Source of the DNA: Podarcis bocagei
Taxonomy: Eukaryota
Reading direction: 5' to 3' (one strand)
DNA length: 64,000 bases
Assembly: GCA_964188305.1 (NCBI GenBank)
Contig: OZ076885.1
Position numbers and translations under genes: made by a program. How positions within the stretch are numbered: the stretch's first letter is position 1; each line of letters opens with the position of its first letter. Positions 40,101-52,494 of the stretch are shown here, in pieces. The notes under the pieces were generated by a model. That model was not told the origin of the DNA and made no database searches. It saw only the letters and a list, made by a program, of their open reading frames with translations.

Positions 40101-42794
40101 AAATCAAAGAGACCCTGTGGAAGATGTTGCTCTGCTCACTGCTATATTCCAGTTCCCCAAGAAACTGGAGTATTCCAAAAAGGACAAAGATTTCTGAAAG
40201 GCCACCTTGTTCGTACAGATGTGCGAGCAAGGGAGACGCTGTGAGCTAACATGAAAATAGAAAAGCAAACTTAATATTTGTTGTTCATTCATAAACATGC
40301 AACATACTTGAAATACTATATACCAACCATAAGTAAACCATATATAGTACTTTAACAGCCCCAACAAAATGAATACCATGGATCCAAAAAGCAACACTTT
40401 TCCCTTGCATTCTCCCAAAAAACCACCCTTGAGAGTAGAGCGAACCTCAAGAACAGTATGAGATGGGTGGTGAGGAAATGCAGTTGAAGGGGGAGATCGG
40501 TAAGCTGCCTTGTGCAAGTAGAAGTCCTTTCAACTTATGTAAGACCAAGTCTGGATCCAAAGCTTTACTTTTATCTCATGCAGATAATGGTAGTAACAGC
40601 TCTTGACAGTTTTGTTTTAATAAAATTATGAGTAGTAGTAGCTTACTTAAACACACTATTTTTATACAACCTAAATATAGCTGAGGAAAGTATCACCATT
40701 TCTGGGATGTTTTGACTGTGGGCTGAATCAAGAAGTGTTTCAACAAGTACAAACAGCAACCCTAAGAACATCTTTCCTCAATCGTCTTTATAAAAAAAAT
40801 TCACATCATTCAGTACTAAGTGTTCACTAACAAAGAATGTAAGGACTAAGAAATAAATACTAGTATTTTATTGTTAGAACACAAATCTCCAAGTTATACA
40901 AATTAGATGGATCAAACAGCATTGCCCAACATCAAAAAGGTAGAAAAGATAGGCCCAGATCCATATTGGAACTTAACGTCCCTACTACAAGCAAGTATTC
41001 AAAATGAAGGCCATAGTCAGTTGTAAGCGCCTGCCATGTCCTTAAGGGAACGAGCTGGACTGCACTATAAACATGTAGAATTCTGCTCCTGTCCCTCCCA
41101 AAGGCTATATAGTTCTCCCCCAATCTAGTGGGAAATTTCCAGAGTGGTATGCAAAGAGAGGTTATGTAAAAAAATATAAATGTAATCCAAGCATTCATCT
41201 TAAACTGAAGTAAAGTTCAATTCTAGTCTGCTACATTCTATTCCTGTTGCCCTTGCATTCCAGAATCACATTTGTGCTGAATTTTAGCTTCCAACATCAA
41301 CCTACAAGATTGATATCATATTTGGAAGTACTGACCATTTAAAACCACAATACCAACGAATCCAGAATTCGTCTGGATATTGACCTGATTTCAGAGAAGC
41401 TGGGAAGGTGAATAAGCCACTGAAGTTAAGCTCTCTCTTGTTTGTGAAAGGCACATTACAGCATAAAAGCAATTTACATAAAATGTGCTACCGAAACACT
41501 GAAGAATATTGTCTCATGTGGCTTCATTCACAACCAACTCTCCTTAAGAATAATCAAGTTCACGGCAGGGTGCTTTTTTTAAAATAAAAAGCATGTTTCC
41601 CTGTAATTTGTTTCCTAGTAATTACTAACAGTGATTGTGAAAAATGGCCGTTCTATTAGATTATATTTTAAAAGCAAATTCGGATGCAGGCGATCTGCCT
41701 TTTTTCCAGGAAAGGTGACACAGTAATGCCAAAGCAAAACATGGCAAAACTGTCATACAGTCACTGTCAGACAGTTCAACAAGCTTCAAGGTAACCAGAA
41801 TATGTACCTTCACACAGTTTTAACAAGTGCCATAATAGCTCTGGGCAGTCATGAACTTTTGCAATGAATGTCTTGCAGAATAACATTTAAAACTTTCAGT
41901 GTCTAAAACTTATATAGGATTTTGGATGTGAAATTCCTGGTTGAATAAGCCATGAAGGAGCATCTGGTGTTTATGCTGGTTTTAGTACTTTGAGCCTAGG
42001 CTCTTTAACTCAGTTTCCCATTATGTCTGAAATTGGGAGCACTGGTTTAAAGTTGATTTACTAACCAGCATCTGAAATCTGATTAGCAAACTTGTATTAA
42101 GCCTCAATTCCCCATTTCAGAGGAAAGTGTGACTTAAAAGCAGCTTGGGCTGAACCTGGCACACATGGGGAGGCAGGAATAAGCTTGATGCTTATTCTTG
42201 CTTAATGAACTATGGTTTATTAAGAATTTTACCTCTGAGCCTGCCATATGTTAACACTCATAACTAGAGTAACATGTGAGTCCATGTATAATGAAGCCCT
42301 AATGCTTCAGTTTGTTTTCCTGCTCTAGTCAGACTCACCTTTTCCAAAGTTACATATTTTTTATGATGTTTTTTCTGATCTACCCACATAAAATAGCTTT
42401 GTAAGCTATTACTGCACCCATATTTTAGGTAGCTATCACTCATGCTATTCACTGAGCATTTTTTGGATGGGAATATCAATCAGGGAAACTAAACTGCTTG
42501 GCAGTGTCTCTAAGCACACTGTAGAAGCAAACTGAATTCAGTGGGGTGGGGAAGTAAACAGAATTTAAAAAAAACAGTTAAATATATCGGCAAATGTCTT
42601 ACTGCAAGTGGTTGCAGAACAATGCCACTAGCAATTACATTACTAAATTAATACCCACCACCATATTAACAGTGCAATTCTGCTGCCTGAAAATTCAAAT
42701 TACCACCGTTCACAACCTTCTAATAATCTCTGTCTGTAGAGACCTTCCATACTTGCTTAAACTGAAATCTATTATTCCTTCTCCAAAGAAAAAG

Positions 42795-43375
42795 TTAGAT
42801 CAAAGTTTCCAAAACACTTAATAAATCCAGGTTGAAGACATCTGTGCCACTTTCAGACAAGAGAACACCATCTAGATGGAACAATCCTGGAGGCTCTGGG
42901 ACAAGTGAATCGTGTTTGATTATAATCCCTCCAATACGTTCCATAAAACTGCTGATTTCCCGATTTACTCTCTTCCTGCTTTTCTCCATAAATTCATGGG
43001 ACATATCTTGGCTCCATGCTTTGCGGGGTACAATATTAGACCAGACAAGGATGCTGTTCTTGAATGTTATCTTAATATGTATTATATCTTTCTTCATTTG
43101 TCTTATGAGATCATAATCTGCGTATGTCCCAAGGTCATTTCCTCCTAGATGGACCACCAATATATCAGGATCTGTTAGACGCCGCCGCGTGTGCAATAGG
43201 CTGGGTATCAACTGATCCCATGTCATGCCACTCTTTCCTAGCCAATGTAGTTTGGCATCCTCCAGTCGAATGCCCAACTGTGGGCCAAAGCTTCTTTCAA
43301 GTGCTCTTTTTTCTGCCCAGAAAACGTAAGAATGACCACATATCCATACCTGTTTCTGCTTTCTTCTGCCATCTG
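42795..43375 (-). CDS. SGNH/GDSL-hydrolase-fold coding exon (Ngaro/DIRS retrotransposon hydrolase-like) nested in TSG101 intron 7; putative alternative terminal exon
   Basis: Uninterrupted frame with block I VWICGHSY, block II WLGKSG, block III PDILVVHLGGND and block V DGVLLSESG. Preceded by branch point TTAAT, a pyrimidine tract and a TAGCAG acceptor in phase 1. TAA at 42797-42795; minus-strand AATAAA at 42216-42221. Confidence 0.8.
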
Positions 43376-45434
43376 CTATTAAGAGAACAAACATACATTA
43401 ATGCTTCATAAATTTTGTGGCCCAAGCACCTCCTGAAAACTTTATTCAGTGTTGTCTGAATTATTCCATGTAAAAATCAAAACATGAGACACCTCTATCT
43501 TAAATTACATGGCATAATAATCCATAAAGTCAACTCTTTATTTGAAGATTGGTGTGTAAAGTTTACAGGTAAAAATGCCTGTATGCAAGTTATAAGATCA
43601 ATGGAAAGGAATGCATGCTCATGTACCCTTTTGATCAATCTTACAAGAGCAACTGAAAATATCTTTTCTAAATAAAGTTGCTAACAATCCATTTAGATCT
43701 TGATAAAGTATATAGGTTTGATAGATGTGCTCTACTCAGAATGAAGTTCTTCCAGATTTTTTTCCAAAATTAACAAAAGGTCAGGAGCAGAAGTCCATAC
43801 CTTTCAAGCAGACCAAGCAGAAGAGAAAGCTTCGGTTCTTAAGAAAGCCCAGGGAGTAGAGTTATACTTCTCTATTAAATCTTATGTAGAAATTTATGTA
43901 ACCATTTCCACGCTTTGCCTGACAGGATTAATTTTTGTTGCCATATTACATCTCCATTTCTAAAAATTCATTTTCTAAACAAAATGCTAGAAAGCTTGCA
44001 CTAGGGATAGATTTTTTATTACTGCCCTGAAAGAAGAGTAATTTGATCTCTTCTAAACAATGTAGACCTCCAGTATTAAACTACAGAAAATTATCAGTTT
44101 TACATTTTCCCTGCAATTTTCAACTTGGTTTTGTTTATGAAGTCTTTTCCTGACATGCAATCCAGTCAATTTTATAATTGTAAAAATGGTTTTATTGTTT
44201 TTAGAGTTTGCATCTTTTGTATTTGATCTTATTGTACATAGCTTCAATAGCATATGGCTCTGAAGCAGTCCATAGACCTGTAAAATAACGATAATAGTAA
44301 TAGCTCAACAAAAGTGATGATAATTTTTGGAGTTCAAATATATTCTATGTGACATTGGACAAGAAAACAGTGGATGATGATGTGGCCAGGGATCTTGCAG
44401 TCTTTGTGCTAAATAAGAATGTGCTTTCTAAATTATACTCTTTTGAGGGTTTTCAAGTTTTTGCTTATCACTAGAGGGAACAATACTTTCAGATTCTTAG
44501 GACTTCTCTCCTAAACAGGTTTGGTAGTTCTGGGCTAAGTAGGAACACAGGTGAGCAAGCATTTCAGCACCCAAGAATTACGCTGAATGTGAAACAGAAG
44601 AAAGCTGTTGATTGGCACCTTTAGCTTACAGATCAACAAACTTCACAAGATGAAAATCTGGTGATGGTAGCTGGGCTACGTCATGAACGGCAGTTCTACA
44701 CTTGCATCACACACACAAAAGTGAAAAAAAATTGCAGTTTGGGAGTGTACTGGAAAACACGATGGAGTCAAGGATAGCTTGGTTTGCTTCCAGTTAAGCA
44801 CGGAACTCAACTGTATTTTCAGTGCTACTCGACAGCAATCAAGGCTTCTTCACATCATCCTTAGGTACTGTTCTCCATCCTTGGCTGACATAGCAAAAGG
44901 CTTGTAAATAGGCTGTAGTACTGCATCTTGGACTGCAGTTACTCCACACTGGCCTCTTCATTCTTGTGCCCAAATGATGCTGCTGTTCAAGTTCCTGCTA
45001 CATTCAGTGGTGTGATCAAATGAAACCCACCCCTTTCTCATCATTGAAAAGTTCATAACTACAAGATCATTCCCCCAGTCAATAAGAACATAATAAATAT
45101 GTAGGCTTAAAAAAAAAAAGCCTTCGGGCTTTAATTTATCTTGGACCTGCAAACATAATATTTTCAAACACATGTGAACTTCATTACATAAAACAGTTCA
45201 ATAAAAATGAAGTCTGTTGAACAGTGAAAACAGTTAATGATTGTTCCATAAATCAAACAATGGAGAAAAAAAATGAACATCTAGCATGGTTAAAGTGTAA
45301 TGTAACTGATGTTTTTGCCACGAGGCACTTAATGTCCATCTCAGAAATAGGTGTATTTGGATTTGCTTTATGCTGTATATTTAGAATGAGCAATCTCATT
45401 ACATTCGGAAAAAGACACTTTCAAAGCTACTCAC

Positions 45435-45532
45435 CCACAGTAGTTACAGGAGGCTGAGAAGGGTAGTGTTGTGTGCTAGTTGTTGGTGGAAATGATCCGC
45501 TAGGGGGAGGGTAAGGATAGCTTGGGTAACCA
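45435..45532 (-). CDS. TSG101: TSG101 exon 7, proline-rich (SGYPSYPYPPPSGSFPPTTSTQHYPSQPPVTTV)
   Basis: AG acceptor, phase-1 donor GTG G|GTGAGT, 98 nt. Confidence 0.93.
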
Positions 45533-46981
45533 CTTTAAAGGGGAGGGGGAGAAAGACACAGTGTTATGCATTCTTTAGTTAATATTTCCATTCATAAGCA
45601 ATTTTTTAAATACATTTAAACAATTTATAATAGACAAACAGAATTTAAAAAAGAGCCACTGATGCAGATATAAATGGTCAGAGTAATATTCAAGACCATG
45701 AGAAATTTGTTGTCATCCATAGGTTTCAGAGGTATCGATGTTTTAATCAATGTTATTCAAATATGTATAAATAAATTTCAAGTTCCCTGATCAAAGTTTC
45801 TTCACATTTGTGGATTAAAGCTGAAGATAGGTAGAGGCACTCAGTCTAATTATTCATGGTTCATTCTATGTTAGCAGTTAACAGGTTTGTACTTTGTTGC
45901 ATTATTTTCATTTGAAAAGGTCTATGTTGCCTTGGTGGTTTCATTTACAGAGGGGAGATTGAGCAGGCTTCTGCAACTGCCAGAGCATGTACACATTTTA
46001 GAGTTTCTGCATGCTACATTACTTTCCTCAAAAGTTAGTGCCCTCTATTTCCAGTCAGTTGGTGCCATGCACTCCATTTTCAGAATAAGTTATAAAATCC
46101 ATATAGTGATGGCAGAACTAATAAGCAATCAATAGTAGGAAACTAGAAACAATAATACCACAGGATATGAAAAAAGGAGATACAATACAGTACATGTGTG
46201 GGATTTCTACACTCAGAACTGTGTCTATTGTGAACAAGCCTTACTGTTTAATTCATTGTACTAACACTAGCCAACAACTAAAGGGAGAAAACGAGCCGAT
46301 GTGTAGAAATAAAGCAGTCCTCAGCCCTCTTCTGTCTCCATACATTGAAAGAACATGTGCATTTTATCAAGGTTGGTGTTAGATTTTAGTAGACTCTCAG
46401 ATTGGGCCTCTCTCAGTTCCCCTGCCCAACAACGTGTCTTCCCTTGGGCACTCTGCCCACCAATTCTGCTGTCACCAGTCATTTCTCACTCCCTCTGGTT
46501 GTGCTTATCCAGCAGATGGCAGCGGTGTTTTTGATGGAAAACAGGCTACTACTCAGCTCTGATCTTCAGCAGCAGATGGTTGCCATCTCAGAGACCCCAA
46601 ATGCAATGCCTGTTTGTGAGCACTGCATTTTGGGGGCCCTGAGATGGTGGCCACCCACCACGGACTGGAGTTTGAGTGGTAGCTTGGTTCCCATATGAAA
46701 ATGGCACCTGCTGGTGGAGGGTAGTGATCGGTGCATTGGATAGAGACCCCAACGGTGGTGGAAATGCCAGGCAGGGTGTCAATGCGGGTGATAGCAAGAC
46801 TGGCATCAGCTCCAATGGGGCCCTGCCAAAACACGTGGGCTGCAGCAGTTGCTTCAGTACGTTGGGTTCTAATCCTGGGTCTGTTTTGGAGTTGCTCCAC
46901 CACCACTGCCCACACTGTCTATTGCTGGCTCCACCCTCAGACTTATACGTATTGGGCAGAAAGTCTGAAGGGGAAATTTAC

Positions 46982-47615
46982 ACACGAGCCAACAGTGTGA
47001 CGCAGCAGCTAAAAAAGCCAATGCAATTCTGGGCTGCATCAATAGGAGTATAGCATCTAGATCAAGGGAAGTAATAGTGCCACTGTATTCTGCTCTGGTC
47101 AGACCTCACCTGGAGTACTGTGTCCAGTTCTGGGCACCACAGTTCAAGAAGGACACTGACAAACTGGAACGTGTCCAGAGGAGGGCAACCAAAATGCTCA
47201 AAGGCCTGGAAACGATGCCTTATGAGGAACGGCTAAGGGAGCTGGGCATGTTTAGCCTGGAGAAGAGGAGGTTAAGGGGTGATATGCTAGCCATGTTCAA
47301 ATATATAAAAGGATGTCACATAGAGGAGGGAGAAAGGTTGTTTTCTGCTGCTCCGGAGAAGTGGACACGGAGCAATGGATCCAAACTACAAGAAAGAAGA
47401 TTCCACCTAAACATTAGGAAGAACTTCCTGACAGTAAGAGCTGTTCGACAGTGGAATTTGCTGCCAAGGAGTGTGGTGGAGTCTCCTTCTTTGGAGGTCT
47501 TTAAGCAGAGGCTTGACAACCATATGTCAGGAGTGCTCTGATGGTGCTTCCTGCTTGGCAGGGGGTTGGACTCGATGGCCCTTGTGGTCTATTCCAACTC
47601 TATGATTTTCTGATT
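46982..47615 (+). mobile_element. CR1 LINE 3' end (5'-truncated), RT C-terminal region
   Basis: ORF 47077-47541 [20 protein letters not shown]...[10 protein letters not shown]...[12 protein letters not shown] is the canonical CR1 ORF2 C-terminus; tail TTCCAACTCTATGATTTTCTGATTCTA. Confidence 0.93.
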
Positions 47616-48247
47616 CTACGTTCAGCAGAAGGTACACAGGCTCTTCCATGTAAGTAGGAGTTCTGTGGATGTGTGGATGCAAATTTTGTGGAGGAGCCTG
47701 TGTGCATTAAGCTGAACTTACACATTCTCCCAACAGATCTTCTGCCCAATGCACAAAGGTCTGGGGGATGAGCTGGAGGGAACAGAGACATCAGAGACAG
47801 AAAAAAAATGCATAGCTTTGCACCCCCCTACATGTGTTCTTTGAACATGGACATGGGAAGCCTAGGTTTTTTATATATAAAAGGGCTCTCATCAGGAGAG
47901 GATGCAGCCAAATAATGTTAAGAATGCAGGAAGCAAGCTGAAAAATCTAATAAAAAGGCAAGAAGTATACTTCATTTTAGAAGTATAGGTTTACAATGAC
48001 ACCAATTTTGCTCACTATACACTTAATCATTGCTTTACTCAAATGAAGGGGCCTTAAATGCAACCAGGGTTTTTGATGACTGTATTTAAATAACAACATA
48101 TAAAAGACCCTGACTCAACACCCAGACAAAACTGAACTCAAGATGAATGGAATACAAATCTAATGCTTTTAAAGTCCATCACTCTCAATTTCAGAAATGG
48201 GCACAACATCACATTGTCCAATATTGACAGTGTAGTCTATAGCTTAC

Positions 48248-48314
48248 CTTGGGTTAGGTGGTGGTCCAGGAGGGAAATGAGGCATTCCACTTGGCATTCC
48301 TGGCATATAGGAAG
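48248..48314 (-). CDS. TSG101: TSG101 exon 6 (SSYMPGMPSGMPHFPPGPPPNP)
   Basis: gcacag acceptor, AG|GTAAGC donor, 67 nt. Confidence 0.93.
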
Positions 48315-50766
48315 CTGTGCACAACAACAATTTCAAACATTTTAACAATTTAGGATAGTGTTGTTCAATTATATAAAATTATCTTTACAAATAAGTAGTT
48401 AAAAATTAACTGGGTTGCCTCTACTCAAGGTAGATCCACCAAATGAATGGAAATAATGAACTTAGGTCTATTTCTTTCAATGGGTTAAGTAGAACTTAGT
48501 TGAATATATTGCACTAGGTTAGATCCAGACTTCCTGTGAGCAGAAACCTTCTGGGAGGAAAGGAAGATGCAATGGTTACCTATTTCTTCCTGCTATTTCT
48601 GACCCCTGAAAGTTGTTCTGGAGGACAGGGGGAGGGGGGTATTCTATGGAAGACCATGGAAGTTGGTGCTGAGACAAGAGGCAATAATCACTTTCCCAAG
48701 TCTCCACTGAACCTCAGTCCCTTTTTGGAACAGAAGCAGCTGTTCTATTAATAGAATGGCAACTACTGATGCAGCCCATTTGTAATTTCTACAGTTGTAA
48801 AAGTAATTTTTTAATAGTCCACATGAAGCAAATGCAAAAGGAAAGGAAAGAAAAAAGAAGTCTTCTTGACCCCTGCCCCACCTTCAGAATAAGCAAACAG
48901 CAGCCCAGGAAACCATTCCTGTTCCTAGTCTTCCCTGTTGTGCTTGCACTTATTATGCATTTCAGTTACTTTACTCTTGCTGCACAAGCCAATTCAGAGT
49001 GTTCATTCATCCCATTTTTTCCTTACACGTATTCAAATCCATAGGTGGAGTTCAACATCACATTATTTCAATTTTTCCCTTGGTGCAAGTGTTTTTGCTT
49101 GCTTGACAGAACAGTCTCCCCTCTTCTCCTCCTGCAGTCTGGGGTTTTTTCCTCCCAAAGCAGATAGTGTGGGGAGACCCCGCCGTGCTACTGCGAGCCC
49201 TTCCACTGGCTCCTGCTAGTACAATTGTTTAGTACTTTAATTGAATCCAGTCCTATATAACCAGGGAGTCCTTACAAACAAGCCATTATTAAAATGGAGC
49301 AATTAATCTAATAATAAAGATTAAAATGTTCATACTAAGAGCTGGATCTATAGAGTTGTTTCCAGAATTGTGAGGGGAAAGGTCCACTTTCCCCCTCCTC
49401 CCCACTGCAGCTCACTACGCCCCTTCCAAAAATCACCTGAAATGTGAGGGAGTTTCTGGAGTGGTCCAAGATGGGACACGAGGGAGAAATCAATGAATTA
49501 GATGTGATGTGTGCCTTGCATTCATTAAGTATAAGTAACACATCCCACACTCCAATTTAAGACAATTGAGACTGCACTTTGGGGCTTTCTCCATTATGTT
49601 ATATCTCTCACTGCACCAACTCTACATGCAGTGCAATGAAGAGTTCTGGAGAACCTGAAAACTTGCTCACCATTAATATTACATTTCCAAGGGTCCTAAT
49701 GAAGCTATTTCCCAACTGTGGTTTTGCACCCCCACACCCCCACTGAAGACAAGGACAGCTACCTATGATTTTTAAAGTGATGGTGTCAAAGCATTAGTGT
49801 TACTTTCAAGCTGGCAATATATAGCTTTACTAGTTCTGAAGTCAAACTCCTGGCTATTCTATATTTGGCTGACACCTACTGGCAGAGATGATATTCTCTG
49901 GTGGTAAAAAGAAAGAAAGCTTTTTGCAATGCTAAAATGGCAGAAGAGAAAGCAAATTTAACTTTCCTTGAGTGCTCAGCATTGGTACATCTAACAATGA
50001 CAGGTTTTTGTTCTATAAAATGAATTTTCCTACAATAATCCCTGTTTTCAAACTGGTATAAGTATACATTTCAAATCAATGCCCTACACATCTTATAAAA
50101 TAGCACAGTAAATTCTTGCAAAATAATTAACAGTTGTAGGAACATCTTTTTCTCAGAAGTTGAGAGCAATGGAACATAAAAGTGTCATTATTAGATACCC
50201 AAAAATTAGATAGCAAAGTGAGTTTTTAATTTGATTTGCAATTAAAAGAAAATTAGTATAAAGGATGCCAATATAACTCTGCTAGCATTATAAAATAAAT
50301 AAGTTTCAAAAACAATGACATATGAAGATAAAGGTACTGATAATGGCAAAATATTAGCATAAATAATGTTTGAAAATAGATCAATGATCAAATGAATTGT
50401 AGCAACGTTGTTGAGTTTGTAGTGTGGGTGCTAAAAAACTGAACATCTTTCATGGAAATTTATTTATAATCAAAACAGTTATTAGATAGCATGCTCAAAA
50501 TATCTAGCCTAATTTTCTGCATTTAAGTAAACCAAACTCTGAGCTGCTGGTAGCTGGAAAAGATTATAAAGAATGAATATTGGCTATATAACTTGTGCTC
50601 TGGACTGGGCAATTGGCAGCAGGGATACTTTATATTTTAACCAACAACATAATCACATATTTAGAAACTGATACTACAATAACTAGATCCTTTCAACAAT
50701 ACACCGTGCCATTATTCTACTTGTTTTCATTGCAATTTGCAAGTATATGGGGTACAAGGTACTTAC

Positions 50767-50893
50767 AGTTTGGTGGTCCTGTTGCCTGGTAAGGTGGGTA
50801 GGCTGCTGAAATGGTAGGCCGAGAGAAGACTGGAGGTTCTTCTCCAAACACCACAATCATCACTTGAATCAAGCCAATCAAATCTGATTGTGG
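50767..50893 (-). CDS. TSG101: TSG101 exon 5 (PQSDLIGLIQVMIVVFGEEPPVFSRPTISAAYPPYQATGPPN)
   Basis: AG/GT boundaries, 127 nt; end of the UEV domain and the GPPxxxY motif region. Confidence 0.96.
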
Positions 50894-51380
50894 CTAAGGG
50901 GAAAGCATATAAAAATCTCTTTGCTTTTTTAATCCCACAAAGATTAATAATGACAATGCATCCATCACCTTGTCAGTTATAGGTGGTCATTTGGTTACTC
51001 TATTTGTAGGTTTTGGTCAAGTATGTTCCAATTCAGGTGCAATCACTATCTGATAAAAATTAAAGTGTAGCATATCACTGAGAAAGTACTGATGAGAATA
51101 TGAACCCTAAGCCCGTATTAATTATCGGCAGCAATTATTTTATGGCAGGCCACATTTCGATTGCAGGTCTCATGAATGGAGATTAAATATGACAAAAGCA
51201 GTAACACAATTAGTACTGTGTAAGAGTGCTAAGGTTTTACTCAACAGAGACCCCAGTTTCCCAATGTCACATCTTTCTACTCTAACAAATGACCAAAGGA
51301 GAAAGCAGAATATTAAAACTGCTACTTAAATGGTGAAGTAATTTAGGGCTAATGGTTAAGAATTTTATAATTGTACTTAC

Positions 51381-51544
51381 ATGTTTCCATTCATGTAGAT
51401 ATGGAAGGTATATCTTGCCATTTGCATCCACGTGCTTCCCAGTTTTAATTGTCATTGAACTAGTTGGCTTAACAAAACAGATTGGTGGATTGTATGGATA
51501 TGTATCCAACAGCCACAGACATATTGGGATATTGTATGTGTTAC
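51381..51544 (-). CDS. TSG101: TSG101 exon 4, UEV core ([28 protein letters not shown]...YLHEWKH)
   Basis: AG/GT boundaries, 164 nt. Confidence 0.97.
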
Positions 51545-51972
51545 CTGAAGAAGTTATTTAAAAAAAAAGATGAATGCATTATTATTTTCTCCTTCTGACA
51601 ATATATTTTAATGCTTTTAAATAGGAATGATTACAAATGCTGCCCTTGTAGTGATGGAAGGCCTTCTAATCTCCACTAACAGAAGCAGGCTGCCCTCCAG
51701 TCCACTGTTCTGGAAGTCTCCTTGAGCCCCTCTCCCAGGGTACATGCAGTGAGGGGAAAATTCCACTGCACACATTGTGCTAATGAAAAAACTTTGTTGG
51801 ACACTGCACAAAGAATAGGAAAATCTCCTGTATGTGGCAACACAAAACAGTTGTACAAAGGTCCAAAACTAAGAACAAAGCATTCAGAACAAGTTAGTGA
51901 CCAAGCTGATCAAAGTAAATGATGTAAGCTTTCAAGTAATGTACTGGCAATCTACCCAAGACAGATACATAC

Positions 51973-52038
51973 CTTTGTAATTTACAGGAATGGTTCCTGT
52001 GAGGCTCATCAGTTCTCTTGATGAACCATCATTAAAAA
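51973..52038 (-). CDS. TSG101: TSG101 exon 3 (VFNDGSSRELMSLTGTIPVNYK)
   Basis: AG/GT boundaries, 66 nt. Confidence 0.96.
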
Positions 52039-52494
52039 CTGAAAAGCAAAAAAAAGCATTATGCAACCTGTTCATTTGATAGTCAGATAACAAAAGCTGC
52101 GTGCATGCTTGACAAAATAGATATATAATCTCAGAGACTACTTTTCTTCAAACACTTCTCTATATACAAGCAAGCATCTTCTAGGAAAATGAACTAATAA
52201 CACCACACAATAAGAAATGGCAAGCAAATTATTGTGTGACACAGGCAGATCTGCTCCATACAATTCTAGCATCTATGAAAAATAAAACTGCCATAAAATT
52301 GCTATTGTAGTTGTCAGCCTTCAAAGCAAAGCCTAAATATGAGCAATACTATTTCCAAGTCAAGTGGGCGGTGGCTGTGGTACTCCAGACATTGCTGGAC
52401 TACAATCCCATCACCCCTGATCATTGGCTTTGGGGAAAAAGGTTTCCCTATTACCATTTTGCCAAAAAGCATGTCTCAAATAATTAGCACAGTA

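Noticed and set aside
43376-43394. ATG start (MFVLLI) for the SGNH ORF as a single-exon gene
   Set aside because: These codons coincide with the polypyrimidine tract and acceptor, the Kozak context is poor and no promoter is evident. A spliced exon is more parsimonious, though a standalone start is not excluded.
43801-44026. Possible intermediate exon (TTCTTTCAG| ... AAAG|GTATGG) upstream of the SGNH exon
   Set aside because: Contains stops in the frames that would connect to TSG101 exon 7 or to the SGNH exon.
45003-45060. Minus-strand ATGATGA...CTGA (C/D snoRNA-like) and a FNDEKGVGFI cold-shock-like peptide
   Set aside because: Too short, with no proper terminal stem; the peptide is flanked by stops. 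Probably chance.
47077-47541. 154-aa ORF as a host gene
   Set aside because: It is the C-terminus of CR1 ORF2 from a 5'-truncated LINE.
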